Part shown: one piece after another, positions 1 through 10,180 of the stretch
Position numbering within the stretch: the first letter of the stretch is position 1
Layout of the letters: each line of letters starts with the position of its first letter
NCBI GenBank assembly: GCA_951813565.1
Contig: OX638351.1
Span: 3,328,001-3,392,000 of the forward strand
Direction: 5' to 3'
Origin: an uncultured Poribacteria bacterium
GTDB lineage: Bacteria > Poribacteria > WGA-4E > WGA-3G
Length of the DNA stretch: 64,000 nucleotides
The notes under the pieces: model-generated
Database searches by the model: none
What the model was told of the DNA's origin: nothing
The model's input: the letters and a program-made list of their open reading frames with translations, nothing else
Position numbers and translations under genes: made by a program

Positions 1-159
1 ACGATACCCAACCAAGTTGGTAAGTCAACGCAGAACCCAACACGCCGACGCATCTTTCAAATGTTTGAGGGTATTGATGTCCTATTGATAGAACAAAACG
101 GTCATATACAACGCACTATCGTGAACATAACAGTGATAAAGTCTCAAATTATCAACATA

Positions 160-435
160 TTAGGTATAGAAGTCAAAAAAGTTTATTTTCCAGATCCGTA
201 ACTGCGGAATGTAGGATGTATACTCAGATTCTGTATACAGAATCTGCGTTCCATCTGGCGACCACCGCGGATAATTAGACGTTAGTTTATCAGTCAGTAG
301 CGTTACATTGCTGCCATCGTCGTTCATGACGTAGATTCCAGAAATACCATCGCGTTTAGAACTAAAAACGACTTTAGTATCCGCTACTGTTGAAAGCAAG
401 ACAATGAGGCAGAAAATCATTAATAATATACGCAT
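160..435 (-). pseudogene. Short or truncated TolB/PD40-repeat secreted protein
   Basis: Signal peptide, then 'KVVFSSKRDGISGIYVMNDDGSNV' and 'PRWSPDGTQILY' (PD40 repeat). Ends at 91 aa, too short for a beta-propeller. Confidence 0.55.
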
Positions 436-539
436 TACGGACCTCCATTGAAATTGTAGGTTTTACCATAACCTTTTGGATTTAGATTTCCATGACTTCG
501 TGCCGACTAACGCCCGCTAATTGCTGATTTGCCAAAACC

Positions 540-908
540 TTATGAGATAGGATTCAAATTCTCTGGTTCGTTAGTCTCTGGATCAGTAACAGTGATATTG
601 GTGACTACGTTCCGCTGTTCCGGATGCCGAACCGGAAAATCTTTGATTACTTCATTGATCAGTTCTTTTATTATCGTTTTAACTTGATCAAATGGGATAC
701 ATTCTAAAATGATAATGGCGCGATGTTTGGAAGGTGCAATGTTGTATGTCAACCCGTACTGTATACCTAACTGCAGCAGTTCCGGTTCGACGTTGATAGA
801 GATCTGCCTGCGTTCCTGTTCTGTAATAAAATAGCTATCAACGATGAAGTGTGTGTGAATCCACGCTTCTTTTTCTTCTATAATCTTCATGTTTTTGCAC
901 TGTAGCAT
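540..908 (-). CDS. Hypothetical protein
   Basis: 122-aa ORF with protein-like composition; no motif recognised. Confidence 0.5.
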   Translation of the reverse strand: MLQCKNMKIIEEKEAWIHTHFIVDSYFITEQERRQISINVEPELLQLGIQYGLTYNIAPSKHRAIIILECIPFDQVKTIIKELINEVIKDFPVRHPEQRNVVTNITVTDPETNEPENLNPIS

Positions 909-957
909 GAAAAACGGTAAGTGTCAACGTTGCCGGAGGGTTATTATAACAAAAGGT

Positions 958-1872
958 CTATTTCTTTATTTTTGGACGCGGGCGGACGACCCGAAATCCA
1001 ATCGTATGTGTTGAATCGAGAGGATAGAATTTGAACCGTAAACTTGAACGGAGAAACGCACTGCCGACATCCCATGCGCCACCGCGAATGACTCGTGCAC
1101 GTAACACATCGCGGAAACGGAGGTTAATCGGATTTCGTTTAACATTCTTGCTGTTTTGTTGGTAAAAAGATGGGTTATATTCATCAAGACACCACTCCCA
1201 GACATTTCCAGCAAGATCGGCAATACCATTGGGAGAAGTGCCATTTGGGAATTGTCCGATAGGTGTTGGTCGATTGTAACGGCGTGCAAAATTTGCATGG
1301 TGTCGTGCTTTAGGTGGATCGTTCCCCCACGGATATGTTCGTCCTTCCGTGCCACGCGCCGCGCGTTCCCACTGTGCCTCAGTCGGCAAACTTCCACCGA
1401 TCCATTCTGCAAACGCTTGTGCGTCAAACCATGTAACACCGACAACGGGTTGCGTATCGGTGTTGAAGTTTCCATCTTTCCATATCTCTTCACCTTGATG
1501 TCCGCGAGGTGAAGGGCGTCCAGTCGCTTCAATGAAGGCGCGGTATTGTGCATTTGTAATTTCGTATCGTGAGATTTGGTAGGCAGAGAGATAGACGGTG
1601 TGTTGTGGGACTTCAGCGTCAAAGGTATGTTTTTCGAGCAGGGAACTTCGTAACTTAGCGTCTGTATAGGCGGTTTCTGCTTCCTCTGGTGTAGAACCCA
1701 TTATGAATTTGCCCTCTGGAATAGCAACCCATTCTATAGTTGTGAGTGTCTTTTCAGCGGCAGAACTTAATTCGGCAGTAATAACACCCTCCCAAGCAGA
1801 AAGAAGAAATATCAGAATCGTAATACAGACGCATCGCATAACCAGAAAAGTCCTTTTAGCATATTTTACCAT
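958..1872 (-). CDS. Formylglycine-generating enzyme (SUMF1/FGE-sulfatase) family protein
   Basis: Motifs 'IPEGKFIMGS', 'YEITNAQY', 'QPVVGVTWFDA', 'LPTEAQWERAARG', 'DLAGNVWEWC', 'RGGAW', 'IGFRVV'; N-terminal signal or anchor. Confidence 0.9.
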   Translation of the reverse strand: MVKYAKRTFLVMRCVCITILIFLLSAWEGVITAELSSAAEKTLTTIEWVAIPEGKFIMGSTPEEAETAYTDAKLRSSLLEKHTFDAEVPQHTVYLSAYQISRYEITNAQYRAFIEATGRPSPRGHQGEEIWKDGNFNTDTQPVVGVTWFDAQAFAEWIGGSLPTEAQWERAARGTEGRTYPWGNDPPKARHHANFARRYNRPTPIGQFPNGTSPNGIADLAGNVWEWCLDEYNPSFYQQNSKNVKRNPINLRFRDVLRARVIRGGAWDVGSAFLRSSLRFKFYPLDSTHTIGFRVVRPRPKIKK

Positions 1873-1906
1873 GCCAGCAAGAATATGTCAATTTTTACAG
1901 ATTGGC

Positions 1907-3366
1907 GGGGGTGTGTAAAGTTTTTGGCATGAATATCACGCTGCTTTTGTGTTTGTATACCAATAATTATTCCATGCTTCATTTTTCAACAAACACCTCC
2001 ACTTCAGCACAGCATTGATACCCGGTTTCTCCCATCTCATAGCAGCTTGTTTGCATCTTTGTCCGACAACATGTTTACACGCACTTTCAATCACACCACT
2101 GCCAATCTGATACCCTTTTTCTCTAAACGCTTTATACTGCATTCGCTTCGCGTGTTTTTCGAAATACCGCGCTTCTCTTTCTAAAATATCCGATACTTCC
2201 GGGGTCTGTGTATCTAAGCCACGAATGCGTGCGGCTACTTCTGTAATGTTGCCATCATAAAGGATAGGTTCTGTCGTTTTTACCCAGTCTTGTATCGCCT
2301 CTGTTTCAGTCTCTCCGAACGCAACTTTAGCAACATCATATAGATGAGACTTCGCATGCATATAATCCACAATCTCTACAGCATTGGGGAAGTATTCATC
2401 CGCTAAGTTCCATATCCACGCTGCACCATCACCAAGAAACACAATCTCTTGCGTATCTATCGCTTCTTGGTAGATGCCACTATGGTTGCTAACGCATATA
2501 ACTCCTTACCAAAATGTGCTGCATCATTACGCGTTGCGACATAACGGATACTTGTCTCTCTCGCACTTGACACCGCATCAGAACCACATTGTGGATAATC
2601 TCTGTAAACACAACCAACTTTTGTCTCTTTCCACCCATCAGGGGAGTTGGTATGACACCCATCACAACTCACATGCCATCGCTCATTTTCTGCGAGTTTT
2701 TGAGGTGCCACTTGTTCACAGACGCTCAAATCTTCTGACCATTCACTCACTTTGTGTTGGAGCGTCGTGTGGCTGACTTCTATACCTTGATGCGACAACT
2801 CCGATGCCGCTTCTCTATAGTCAAGAAGGGCAGACAGACGACACATCGTTTCAGCAACACGACGCGTGTATTGACCCAATAACTTCTGTTTGACCTCCCA
2901 CGGCGCGTGACGATGTCCTTGTTCACAACAATACACCCAACGATTTACGCTTGTTTTTCCACAAAGTGTTGTGAAATAACGCGCACGCATACGCAATGGA
3001 CGACAAAGTTCTTGACACGCTGGACATTCAACTGGTTCACGCTCTTTCTTATTTGACTTTTTAGAAACACACATTTCTAAAAACTTTTGTTTAAAAGAAC
3101 AAAATGCTTCGGAAACACGGACTTCAACATCACCTAAAGATAAACCCTCGTCAGAATTGATGTCTACATAAAGATCGTTGATCTCTTTTACAAACTCGTT
3201 AAAATCTGCTTTGTAATCGTTGCCTTCACAAGGACTTAATGATATACTTGGCATTGGTATCCTCTCCTATAATAGTGTGATAATTATTAGGGTAGGATAC
3301 CAGTTATATACATTTTCTACAAGAACTCCATTCATTTCAATTTCATGCCAAAAACTTTACACACCC
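1907..3366 (-). mobile_element. Insertion sequence, ISKra4-like (UPF0236 transposase)
   Basis: 25-bp TIR GGGTGTGTAAAGTTTTTGGCATGAA near the left end, with its reverse complement at 3342-3366. Flanking direct repeat AGATTGGC at 1899-1906 and 3367-3374. Confidence 0.9.
1936..3254 (-). pseudogene. ISKra4-family transposase split by a single frameshift
   Basis: ORF 2457-3254 ('VSCDG', 'WKETKVG') and ORF 1936-2442 ('LGDGAAWIW', 'VDYMHA', 'IGSGVIESACKHVVGQRCKQAAMRW') join if one base is added near 2484. Confidence 0.85.
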
Positions 3367-3471
3367 AGATTGGCTAATGAGAAGCGCGATTTTGGCTTGA
3401 TGCTTATAACAAATTCTGTTATATTAAAAGACAAGCAATTTGTCGGATTAAGGAAACCTACACGCAACGTA

Positions 3472-4455
3472 ATGCACAAGATTAACTCTAACAAACTGGT
3501 TGTCGGTTCTTTGGTTGCCGAGCCCGGTACACGGGTAGAAGGGCGTTTGTCCGTCGGCAATATGGCGGATGGAACACCGATTCGTGTGCCTGTTGTCCTT
3601 ATCAATGGAAAACAACCCGGAAAAACCCTCTATCTCCAAGCGATTAGCGATGGAAATGAACTGAACGGTATCGCTGTTATCCATGAAATCTTAGGTAAAA
3701 TTGATCCTACAGAATTAAGTGGTAGACTCATCGTAGTACCTGTTGTCAATGTTCACGCTTTTCATGCGAAGCAAGCGTACAGTCCAGTTGATAACGTCAA
3801 GATGAACCGCTGTTTTCCCGGACGATCCGATGGCACATCAAGTGAACGTATAGCGTATCAGCTGTTTGGAAAAGCCATCCGAAACGCTGACTATTGCATC
3901 GACCTGCATCAGGGAGGTGTCCAACCGATGATTGATGAGGTGCGTGTGCGTGTTGGTAAGAAGCATCAATGCCACAGTGCTTGCCTTACATTAGCGCGTG
4001 TCTTCGGTATCGGTTATATTCTTGACCAAAAGGGGCCGAAGGGACAACTGGCACAAGCTGCGCCGGATATTGGAATACCGACAATTGACCCAGAACTCGG
4101 TGGAACACACGGATGGGACACCACCAGTATCAATAAAGGTGTGCAAGGTGTCTTAAACGTACTCAAACATTATCAATTTATCAACGGAACGTCTGAAATT
4201 CCTGATCAACAAATCGTTGTCAATAAGTTTGTGTCTATCCTCAGCAATAAAGGTGGATTTGTCTACTATAAGGCAAATTTATATGATCGGCTTGAGGTGC
4301 GGCAGCCGATAGCTGAAATCTGTGATGTATTCGGAAATGTATCCGAAGTTATTCGTGCCCCTGATGAGGGTATATTCTGGTCCCACCCGGTTTATCCAAT
4401 GGTTGCGAGCGGAGGCATTATCGGTAAAATAGGCACACCAATTAGTTATCTCTGA
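3472..4455 (+). CDS. Succinylglutamate desuccinylase/aspartoacylase (M14-like) family protein
   Basis: 'SDGNELNG', 'VPVVNVHAF', 'MNRCFPG', 'IDLHQG', 'PELGG', plus a C-terminal biotinyl-like beta domain. Start set at ATG 3472 because the longer ORF runs into the IS. Confidence 0.85.
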   Translation: MHKINSNKLVVGSLVAEPGTRVEGRLSVGNMADGTPIRVPVVLINGKQPGKTLYLQAISDGNELNGIAVIHEILGKIDPTELSGRLIVVPVVNVHAFHAKQAYSPVDNVKMNRCFPGRSDGTSSERIAYQLFGKAIRNADYCIDLHQGGVQPMIDEVRVRVGKKHQCHSACLTLARVFGIGYILDQKGPKGQLAQAAPDIGIPTIDPELGGTHGWDTTSINKGVQGVLNVLKHYQFINGTSEIPDQQIVVNKFVSILSNKGGFVYYKANLYDRLEVRQPIAEICDVFGNVSEVIRAPDEGIFWSHPVYPMVASGGIIGKIGTPISYL

Positions 4456-4586
4456 AATGGCTATCAGCTGTTAATTTTCGGCAGTCGGTTAAAGAGATTC
4501 TTTCAGAAAGTTGATTTAATTGGGTTTACAAAACCCTCTTATGAAAAGAGGAATCAGGCTTACAAAGCCCTCCTATAAGAGAGCGT

Positions 4587-5888
4587 ATGCATAAAAAAAA
4601 TCGAGAAAACTTCATAGAGCAGATGGATTCTGGTAGCGTAGCAATTTTTGTCAATGCCCCTGCTGCAATGCGGAACCACGATACAGAACACATTTATAAT
4701 CCCGATCCGAATTTTTACTATCTCACAGGTTTTGAAGAACCCGATTCAATTTGTGTGATTGCACCTGACCATCCGAAACATCAATATATCCTGTTTGTGC
4801 TTCCTAAAGATGAAAAAGCCGAAATCTGGAACGGAAAACGGGCTGGTGTCAAAGATGCCTGCACACACTACGGAGCAGACAAAGCGTTCCCGATAGGCAA
4901 ATTTGAGGAAAAGATAGGCAGATACTTAGAAGGGGCTGAACGACTCTATTACACACTCGGATCTGACTCACACATTGATGCAAAAATCCTTGACCGTTTC
5001 AAAAGAGGTGTTAGATCACGCATTGGCACTGGAAAAGGAATTCATACACTTATTGATCCAAGTCCGATTCTCAGTGAAATGCGATTAATCAAAAACGAAG
5101 CGGAACTGAATCGTATAAGGCAGGCAGCAGATATTACGGTTGATGGTCATATCGCTGCTATGGTCGCAGCGCGTCCAGGAATGTACGAATACGAATTGGA
5201 GGCGATTGTAGACGCAACTTTCCGTAGCAGCGGGGCAAACAGCACCGCATTCCCAACTATTGTTGCAAGCGGTGGAAACGCAACAACACTCCATTACACA
5301 ACCAACGACTGTCGAATCGAGGATAATACACTCGTCCTCATTGATGCGGGGGCAGAATATAAACGCTACTGCGGTGACGTTACCCGAACCTTCCCCGCTA
5401 ACGGCACATTTACCGATGCGCAAAAAGAGATATATCAACTTGTTCTTGATGCGCAATATGAGATTATTAACACTATTCGTCCGGGTGTTTCTATTGACGA
5501 ACCGCACCAAAAATCCATTGAGTTGTTGACAGAAGGCATGCTCAGTCTCGGCCTTCTAAAGGGAAAAACGAAGAAATTGATAAAAAAGGAGAAATATAGA
5601 CAATTTTATATGTATCGTGTTGGTCACATGATTGGACTGGATGTTCACGATGTTAATTGTGTGCGCGACGCAGCGGGTGAGTTCAAAACGTTTGAACCGG
5701 GGATGGTTATCACAATTGAACCTGGACTCTACGTTGCGGAAGGTACAAAGAAGGTTCCTACTGATTACCTCGGCATCGGTGTGCGTATTGAGGACGATAT
5801 TCTCGTAACGGAGTCCGGTTGTGAAGTGTTAACAGATGCTGTGCCGAAAGAGATTAATGCAATTGAGGAGCTCATGGAACAGAGGTAG
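4587..5888 (+). CDS. pepP: Xaa-Pro aminopeptidase
   Basis: AMP_N domain 'NFYYLTGFEEP'; M24 motifs 'LIDAGAEY..YCGDVTRTFP', 'GHMIGLDVHD', 'TIEPGLY', 'GVRIEDD'. Confidence 0.93.
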   Translation: MHKKNRENFIEQMDSGSVAIFVNAPAAMRNHDTEHIYNPDPNFYYLTGFEEPDSICVIAPDHPKHQYILFVLPKDEKAEIWNGKRAGVKDACTHYGADKAFPIGKFEEKIGRYLEGAERLYYTLGSDSHIDAKILDRFKRGVRSRIGTGKGIHTLIDPSPILSEMRLIKNEAELNRIRQAADITVDGHIAAMVAARPGMYEYELEAIVDATFRSSGANSTAFPTIVASGGNATTLHYTTNDCRIEDNTLVLIDAGAEYKRYCGDVTRTFPANGTFTDAQKEIYQLVLDAQYEIINTIRPGVSIDEPHQKSIELLTEGMLSLGLLKGKTKKLIKKEKYRQFYMYRVGHMIGLDVHDVNCVRDAAGEFKTFEPGMVITIEPGLYVAEGTKKVPTDYLGIGVRIEDDILVTESGCEVLTDAVPKEINAIEELMEQR

Positions 5889-5921
5889 GTAGCCTTCGTG
5901 TCGTCTACTGAGAGGTTTATC

Positions 5922-6209
5922 ATGATTGAAGCAGTAAAAAAATTGGTCGCTGAAGAAAAGGACGAAATCCGCCAGCAGTTCAAAGCCGAAATTAAAGCTA
6001 TCTTCGGTTCGTACGCACGGGGAGATAACCATGTGGATAGTGATCTGGATATTCTGGTGGATTTGGATGATGGAGCAGATATCTTTGACCTTGTCGGTCT
6101 TCAGCAATTTTTAGAGGATAAACTCGGGTGCGGTGTGGATGTCGTGCCACGTGATTCACTCCGAGAGGAACTTCGTGCTTCTGTATTCAGTGAAGCCATA
6201 TACCTATGA
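5922..6209 (+). CDS. mntA: Minimal nucleotidyltransferase (MNT) antitoxin
   Basis: GS-x10-DxD motif 'FGSYARGDNHVDSDLD' and 'VDVV'. Overlaps the downstream HEPN gene by 4 nt. Confidence 0.88.
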   Translation: MIEAVKKLVAEEKDEIRQQFKAEIKAIFGSYARGDNHVDSDLDILVDLDDGADIFDLVGLQQFLEDKLGCGVDVVPRDSLREELRASVFSEAIYL

Positions 6210-6550
6210 GAAATTACAGACTTTATCTCAAAGACATACTTGAAGCAATGACTTCTATCCAATCATTTATTGAAGGCATGGATTTTGATGCGTTTATCGC
6301 AGATGACAAAACAGTTTCTGCTGTTGTTATGAAACTTCAAATTATCGGAGAAGCGACTAAAAATGTTCCAGAAACGATTCGCGAAAAGTACGAACATGTG
6401 CCTTGGTGGTTGATGGCAGGAATGCGTGACCGACTCGTCCATGGATACTTTGAGGTTAACTATTCTGTAGTTTGGGATACCATCAAGAACCGGATACCAC
6501 CGCTACAACCTATCGTCGCGCAAATTCTTGAAGATATGGAAATGGAGTAA
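6206..6550 (+). CDS. hepT: HEPN (DUF86) RNase toxin
   Basis: 'IIGEATK', 'VPW', and Rx4HxY motif 'RDRLVHGY'. Confidence 0.9.
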   Translation: MRNYRLYLKDILEAMTSIQSFIEGMDFDAFIADDKTVSAVVMKLQIIGEATKNVPETIREKYEHVPWWLMAGMRDRLVHGYFEVNYSVVWDTIKNRIPPLQPIVAQILEDMEME

Positions 6551-6635
6551 ATCAAAATCGCAACTCCTTGCAAACGTTGTTCTTGAAACATTTATTGTAC
6601 ACAAATACATATAGTAAAGTAATGGAGCATACCTA

Positions 6636-9443
6636 ATGGAATACAAAGCACGTATTGAAGTTGCTACGCCACCAGGTAGTCCAAATAAAGAAAAAGGTGA
6701 TTTACTTGAGAATTTGGCAGAAGACTTGTTAAGAATACAGAACTACATAGTTGCCAAACAGATTCGATTAATTGCTACTGAGCTTGACCTTTTGTGTGAA
6801 CACCAAGTAAATCGAAGAACCGTTTATGTAGAGTGCAAAGCATATAGGGATCCTATCAGTGCAGATGTTCTTACCAAACTATTAGGTACAGTGCACTCGC
6901 AAGGACACCAAGAAGGTTGGCTTATATCTACTGGACCTCTGAGCAAAGACGCAAAAGGTTTTCAACATGAATGGGAGAAAAAACCACAGGAAGAATCGCA
7001 AAAATTAAGTATTTACACACCTGAAAGGGTTATTGGAGCTCTCATATCATCTGGAATGGTTAAACGACTACCCTATGACTTGGCCGTCAAAACGATAGGA
7101 AATGAAGATCTAATCGGGGATCCGACATTATTAATTACTGAATATGGTGTGTTTTGGACGATAGTTTGCTTGGAAGGAGGTGTTCCTGTTGGTGTTTTGG
7201 TATATTCTACTAAAACAGGTGTCTTAATCAAGGATCAAGAATTGCTCCGAAAACTCTCACAAACTGACACAAGTCAAAATGGGCTTGATTTTGAGTATGT
7301 CTATAACTCATCTAAATCGAGTTCAGAACCTAATCAAAATTGTGTTGTCGAAGTTGAGCATGGAGAAACTTGGACAGATTACAGGCCTGCCCGACCTCAG
7401 GATTTTGTTGGTCGTCAGGATGTACAAGAACAGATTCTCCGTTTTCTTGAAGAAGTTAGGGTAGGCAATTCAATTACTCGTGTGTTCGCGGTAAAAGGCG
7501 ACTCAGGGATGGGCAAAAGTTCATTGATTGCAAAACTCAGAGATCATGTACGTAATAGACATTATAAAAGGAAATTCTTTATTTATGCTGTTGATATTAG
7601 AGCTGCCGCTGGAGCTAACTATATATTATGGTCAGTCCTTGAATGCTTGCGGAAAGCAGCAGAATTAGGATTTGGAGGGGAAAATTTAAATAATTTAAAA
7701 ATCACAAATTCCGCGAATCCATTTGAGAGTCCCTCAATACAGGAATTCTTAACTCAACTTGAACACAGGAAGCAAGTAATTTGTCTTGTATTTGACCAGT
7801 TTGAAGAATTATACTCAAAACCTGAGTTGTTTGCTGTTTTTGAGGCAACACAAAGTCTTTTACTCTCAGCTGTTGCAGCGCAGTCAAACCTTGTTTTAGG
7901 TTTTGCTTGGAAAACTGACAGTACCGTACATCAAGATCATCCAGCATATTATATGTGGCATAGTTTAGCGGACCATCGCATGGAGGTAGAACTCGGACGG
8001 TTTACGAGTTCAGAAGCCTCAAAAGCTATCAGAATTTTTCAAACAGAACTTGGTCAAGAATTAAAGTCTGATTTACGGAGACAACTTGTTGAGAATAGTC
8101 AAGGGTATCCATGGTTATTAAAAAAATTGTGTATCCATGTATATGATGCGGTAATGTCTGGAAATAGTCAATCTGATCTTGTCAATAAAGCCTTGGATGT
8201 AAAATCGTTATTTGACAAAGATCTTCAACAGCTTACCCCTTCTGAAAATACTTGTCTTAAGATGATTGCTGAAAGTGCCCCAACTGATTGGTATGAAATT
8301 CTTGAGGTATCTGATAAAGAAGTAGTCCGCGCTCTTCAAAACAAACGATTAATTATTCGGAGCGGTGATCGTTTAAATCTTTATTGGGATATATTTCGTG
8401 AATATGTTCAAACTCAGACTGTACCATCAATTCCATTCAATTATCTACCTTCTTCTCCTTCAATTAGTGCCTTGTTAAAAGTAGTAAAGCAACTTCACTC
8501 AGAAAAAAGTCAAAACTATGCAAGACTTAGTGAACTTTGCGGTTTTGTTGAAAAAACAATAGTGAATGTGATTCGCGACCTAAAAATGTTTGACATAGCT
8601 ACTGTAGATCAATCAGAAGTCAGACTCGCACCATCTATGGAAGTTTTTGATGAGGAAAAGATTTTGCAGAGGCTTAGACATGTCCTCAGGAATCATGCAT
8701 TGACTTTGCGATTGTCAAAACGTGATCCTGGAAAAATTATTACAACGCAAAATATAATTCAATTGCTTAAACAGATTAATCCAACCGCTAGACATAAGGA
8801 GAAGACCTGGAAAGTATATGCAGAAAGGATGGAGTATTGGTTGTCTGTAACAGGATACCTTGTTCAAAGAGAAAACGATTGGAAATTTGAAGATCAAGGA
8901 AAAGTAAATCTTGAATATATTGCCAAAACCCGCAAAGGTCGCAAAATTGGTGGATCTATCATTTTTTTAGGCGACACCTCTCCCGTAAAAACCATTGAAG
9001 CCCTTGAATACCTTAGAAATAACCAACCGCTTTCAAGTCAAGAAATGGAAAGAAAAGGCTTTCGTAATGCCTTGGCAGTATTACGCCGAATGGACGCGGT
9101 TAAAAATGAACTTGGTAGATACTTTGTTTCTGAATCGACTCAACTTAATTCGAAGTCCTCATTAGAAACTGTATGGGATGCAGCTTGCAGTGAAAAAACT
9201 ATACAATCAGTAATTGATTATTTGGAAAACCATCCTGCTGTTGATGGAAGAGCCGTCGGAGAGTATATTAATAAAGAGTACAAGCGTGATTGGTCAGCTG
9301 CTTCGAAACTAAGGATAGGTAATAGTCTTCGTCAATGGGCAAGATGGGTGCTTATTGGAAATCAAGAGAAACGAATTCCTAAACCACCCGGGCGCACTGA
9401 AGTTGAATCAGAAGATCAAATGCTGCTATTTGAAGATGGTTAA
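6636..9443 (+). CDS. Mrr-like restriction endonuclease fused to STAND-type NTPase; putative defence protein
   Basis: N-terminal 'KGDLLE...ELDL...YVECKAY' (PD-(D/E)xK fold); 'DFVGR'; Walker A GDSGMGKS; Walker B 'LVFDQFEE'; 'GYPWLL' (GxP motif); long C-terminal region. Visibly more AT-rich than its neighbours. Confidence 0.8.
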   Translation: MEYKARIEVATPPGSPNKEKGDLLENLAEDLLRIQNYIVAKQIRLIATELDLLCEHQVNRRTVYVECKAYRDPISADVLTKLLGTVHSQGHQEGWLISTGPLSKDAKGFQHEWEKKPQEESQKLSIYTPERVIGALISSGMVKRLPYDLAVKTIGNEDLIGDPTLLITEYGVFWTIVCLEGGVPVGVLVYSTKTGVLIKDQELLRKLSQTDTSQNGLDFEYVYNSSKSSSEPNQNCVVEVEHGETWTDYRPARPQDFVGRQDVQEQILRFLEEVRVGNSITRVFAVKGDSGMGKSSLIAKLRDHVRNRHYKRKFFIYAVDIRAAAGANYILWSVLECLRKAAELGFGGENLNNLKITNSANPFESPSIQEFLTQLEHRKQVICLVFDQFEELYSKPELFAVFEATQSLLLSAVAAQSNLVLGFAWKTDSTVHQDHPAYYMWHSLADHRMEVELGRFTSSEASKAIRIFQTELGQELKSDLRRQLVENSQGYPWLLKKLCIHVYDAVMSGNSQSDLVNKALDVKSLFDKDLQQLTPSENTCLKMIAESAPTDWYEILEVSDKEVVRALQNKRLIIRSGDRLNLYWDIFREYVQTQTVPSIPFNYLPSSPSISALLKVVKQLHSEKSQNYARLSELCGFVEKTIVNVIRDLKMFDIATVDQSEVRLAPSMEVFDEEKILQRLRHVLRNHALTLRLSKRDPGKIITTQNIIQLLKQINPTARHKEKTWKVYAERMEYWLSVTGYLVQRENDWKFEDQGKVNLEYIAKTRKGRKIGGSIIFLGDTSPVKTIEALEYLRNNQPLSSQEMERKGFRNALAVLRRMDAVKNELGRYFVSESTQLNSKSSLETVWDAACSEKTIQSVIDYLENHPAVDGRAVGEYINKEYKRDWSAASKLRIGNSLRQWARWVLIGNQEKRIPKPPGRTEVESEDQMLLFEDG

Positions 9444-9554
9444 ACCTAAACGAGAAGGGCAATGGCTATTGCGACTATAAACAGAGTTTGCCTTGCCAAT
9501 TAAACTTGAAAAACCGCAAAAACCATGTCATAATTCTGTTAACAGAGAAGAGAG

Positions 9555-10100
9555 ATGCCGAAAAAATTAACTGGGATGAACAGATATCAGAAGAAAGCAC
9601 ACCGACGACGCGAAGACCGCTTGCGTGGTGATGGCGTAGAATATTACCTTTCTCTTGCCTACTCTGCTAACCCGGAAGAGCGCGCACTGGCAATGGAGAA
9701 CCTCTGTCCATGCCACGTTCGGAAACGAATTGATGCAGTCTGGGTGGCATTATATAAGGGCTTGGTTGATCCCGATCTGCGCGTACGCCGTGCCGCATGG
9801 CATACGCTTGACGATGGTGGAAATCCGAACGATCCAAGGCTACAACCGCTCCTTCAAAAGATTGTTAAAACAGAAACCGATCGAACCTTACGGCAACGCG
9901 CACTTGACCTCATCAAAGCAACGCAAAAGGTAGAAGAACAGAAACAGGCACTCTTGGCACAGAAAGCACACACCTTTTCTGGACGATGTGATTGGTGTGG
10001 CACATCAAATATACTAGTGAGTTATGATTACGAAACAGAGTTTGAGACCGATGGTGTTAAACGTTTCGCGTTGGTCTGTGACACATGTTACACCGTGTAA
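9555..10100 (+). CDS. HEAT-repeat protein with CPCH motif and C-terminal CxxC...CxxC zinc ribbon
   Basis: 'LCPCHV', 'DPDLRVRRAAWHTL', 'CDWC', 'CDTC'. Confidence 0.7.
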   Translation: MPKKLTGMNRYQKKAHRRREDRLRGDGVEYYLSLAYSANPEERALAMENLCPCHVRKRIDAVWVALYKGLVDPDLRVRRAAWHTLDDGGNPNDPRLQPLLQKIVKTETDRTLRQRALDLIKATQKVEEQKQALLAQKAHTFSGRCDWCGTSNILVSYDYETEFETDGVKRFALVCDTCYTV

Positions 10101-10180
10101 TTTTCCCTACAATAAAAAAAATGAAGAAATTATAATTCCGATGCAACTAATTCAGTAACATCTGCGCAAGGTGAACTTTT

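Noticed and set aside
966..1622. 218-aa alternative-frame ORF, and the many antisense ORFs across the window
   Set aside because: They are shadows of well-supported genes with no motifs. Repeated antisense ORFs in the secretin region simply reflect the triplication.
2440..2490. Programmed ribosomal frameshift in the transposase
   Set aside because: No slippery heptamer or A-run at the junction; a single-base loss explains it better.
3220..3471. N-terminal extension of the 411-aa desuccinylase ORF
   Set aside because: It runs through the IS right end and TIR; family similarity begins near ATG 3472.
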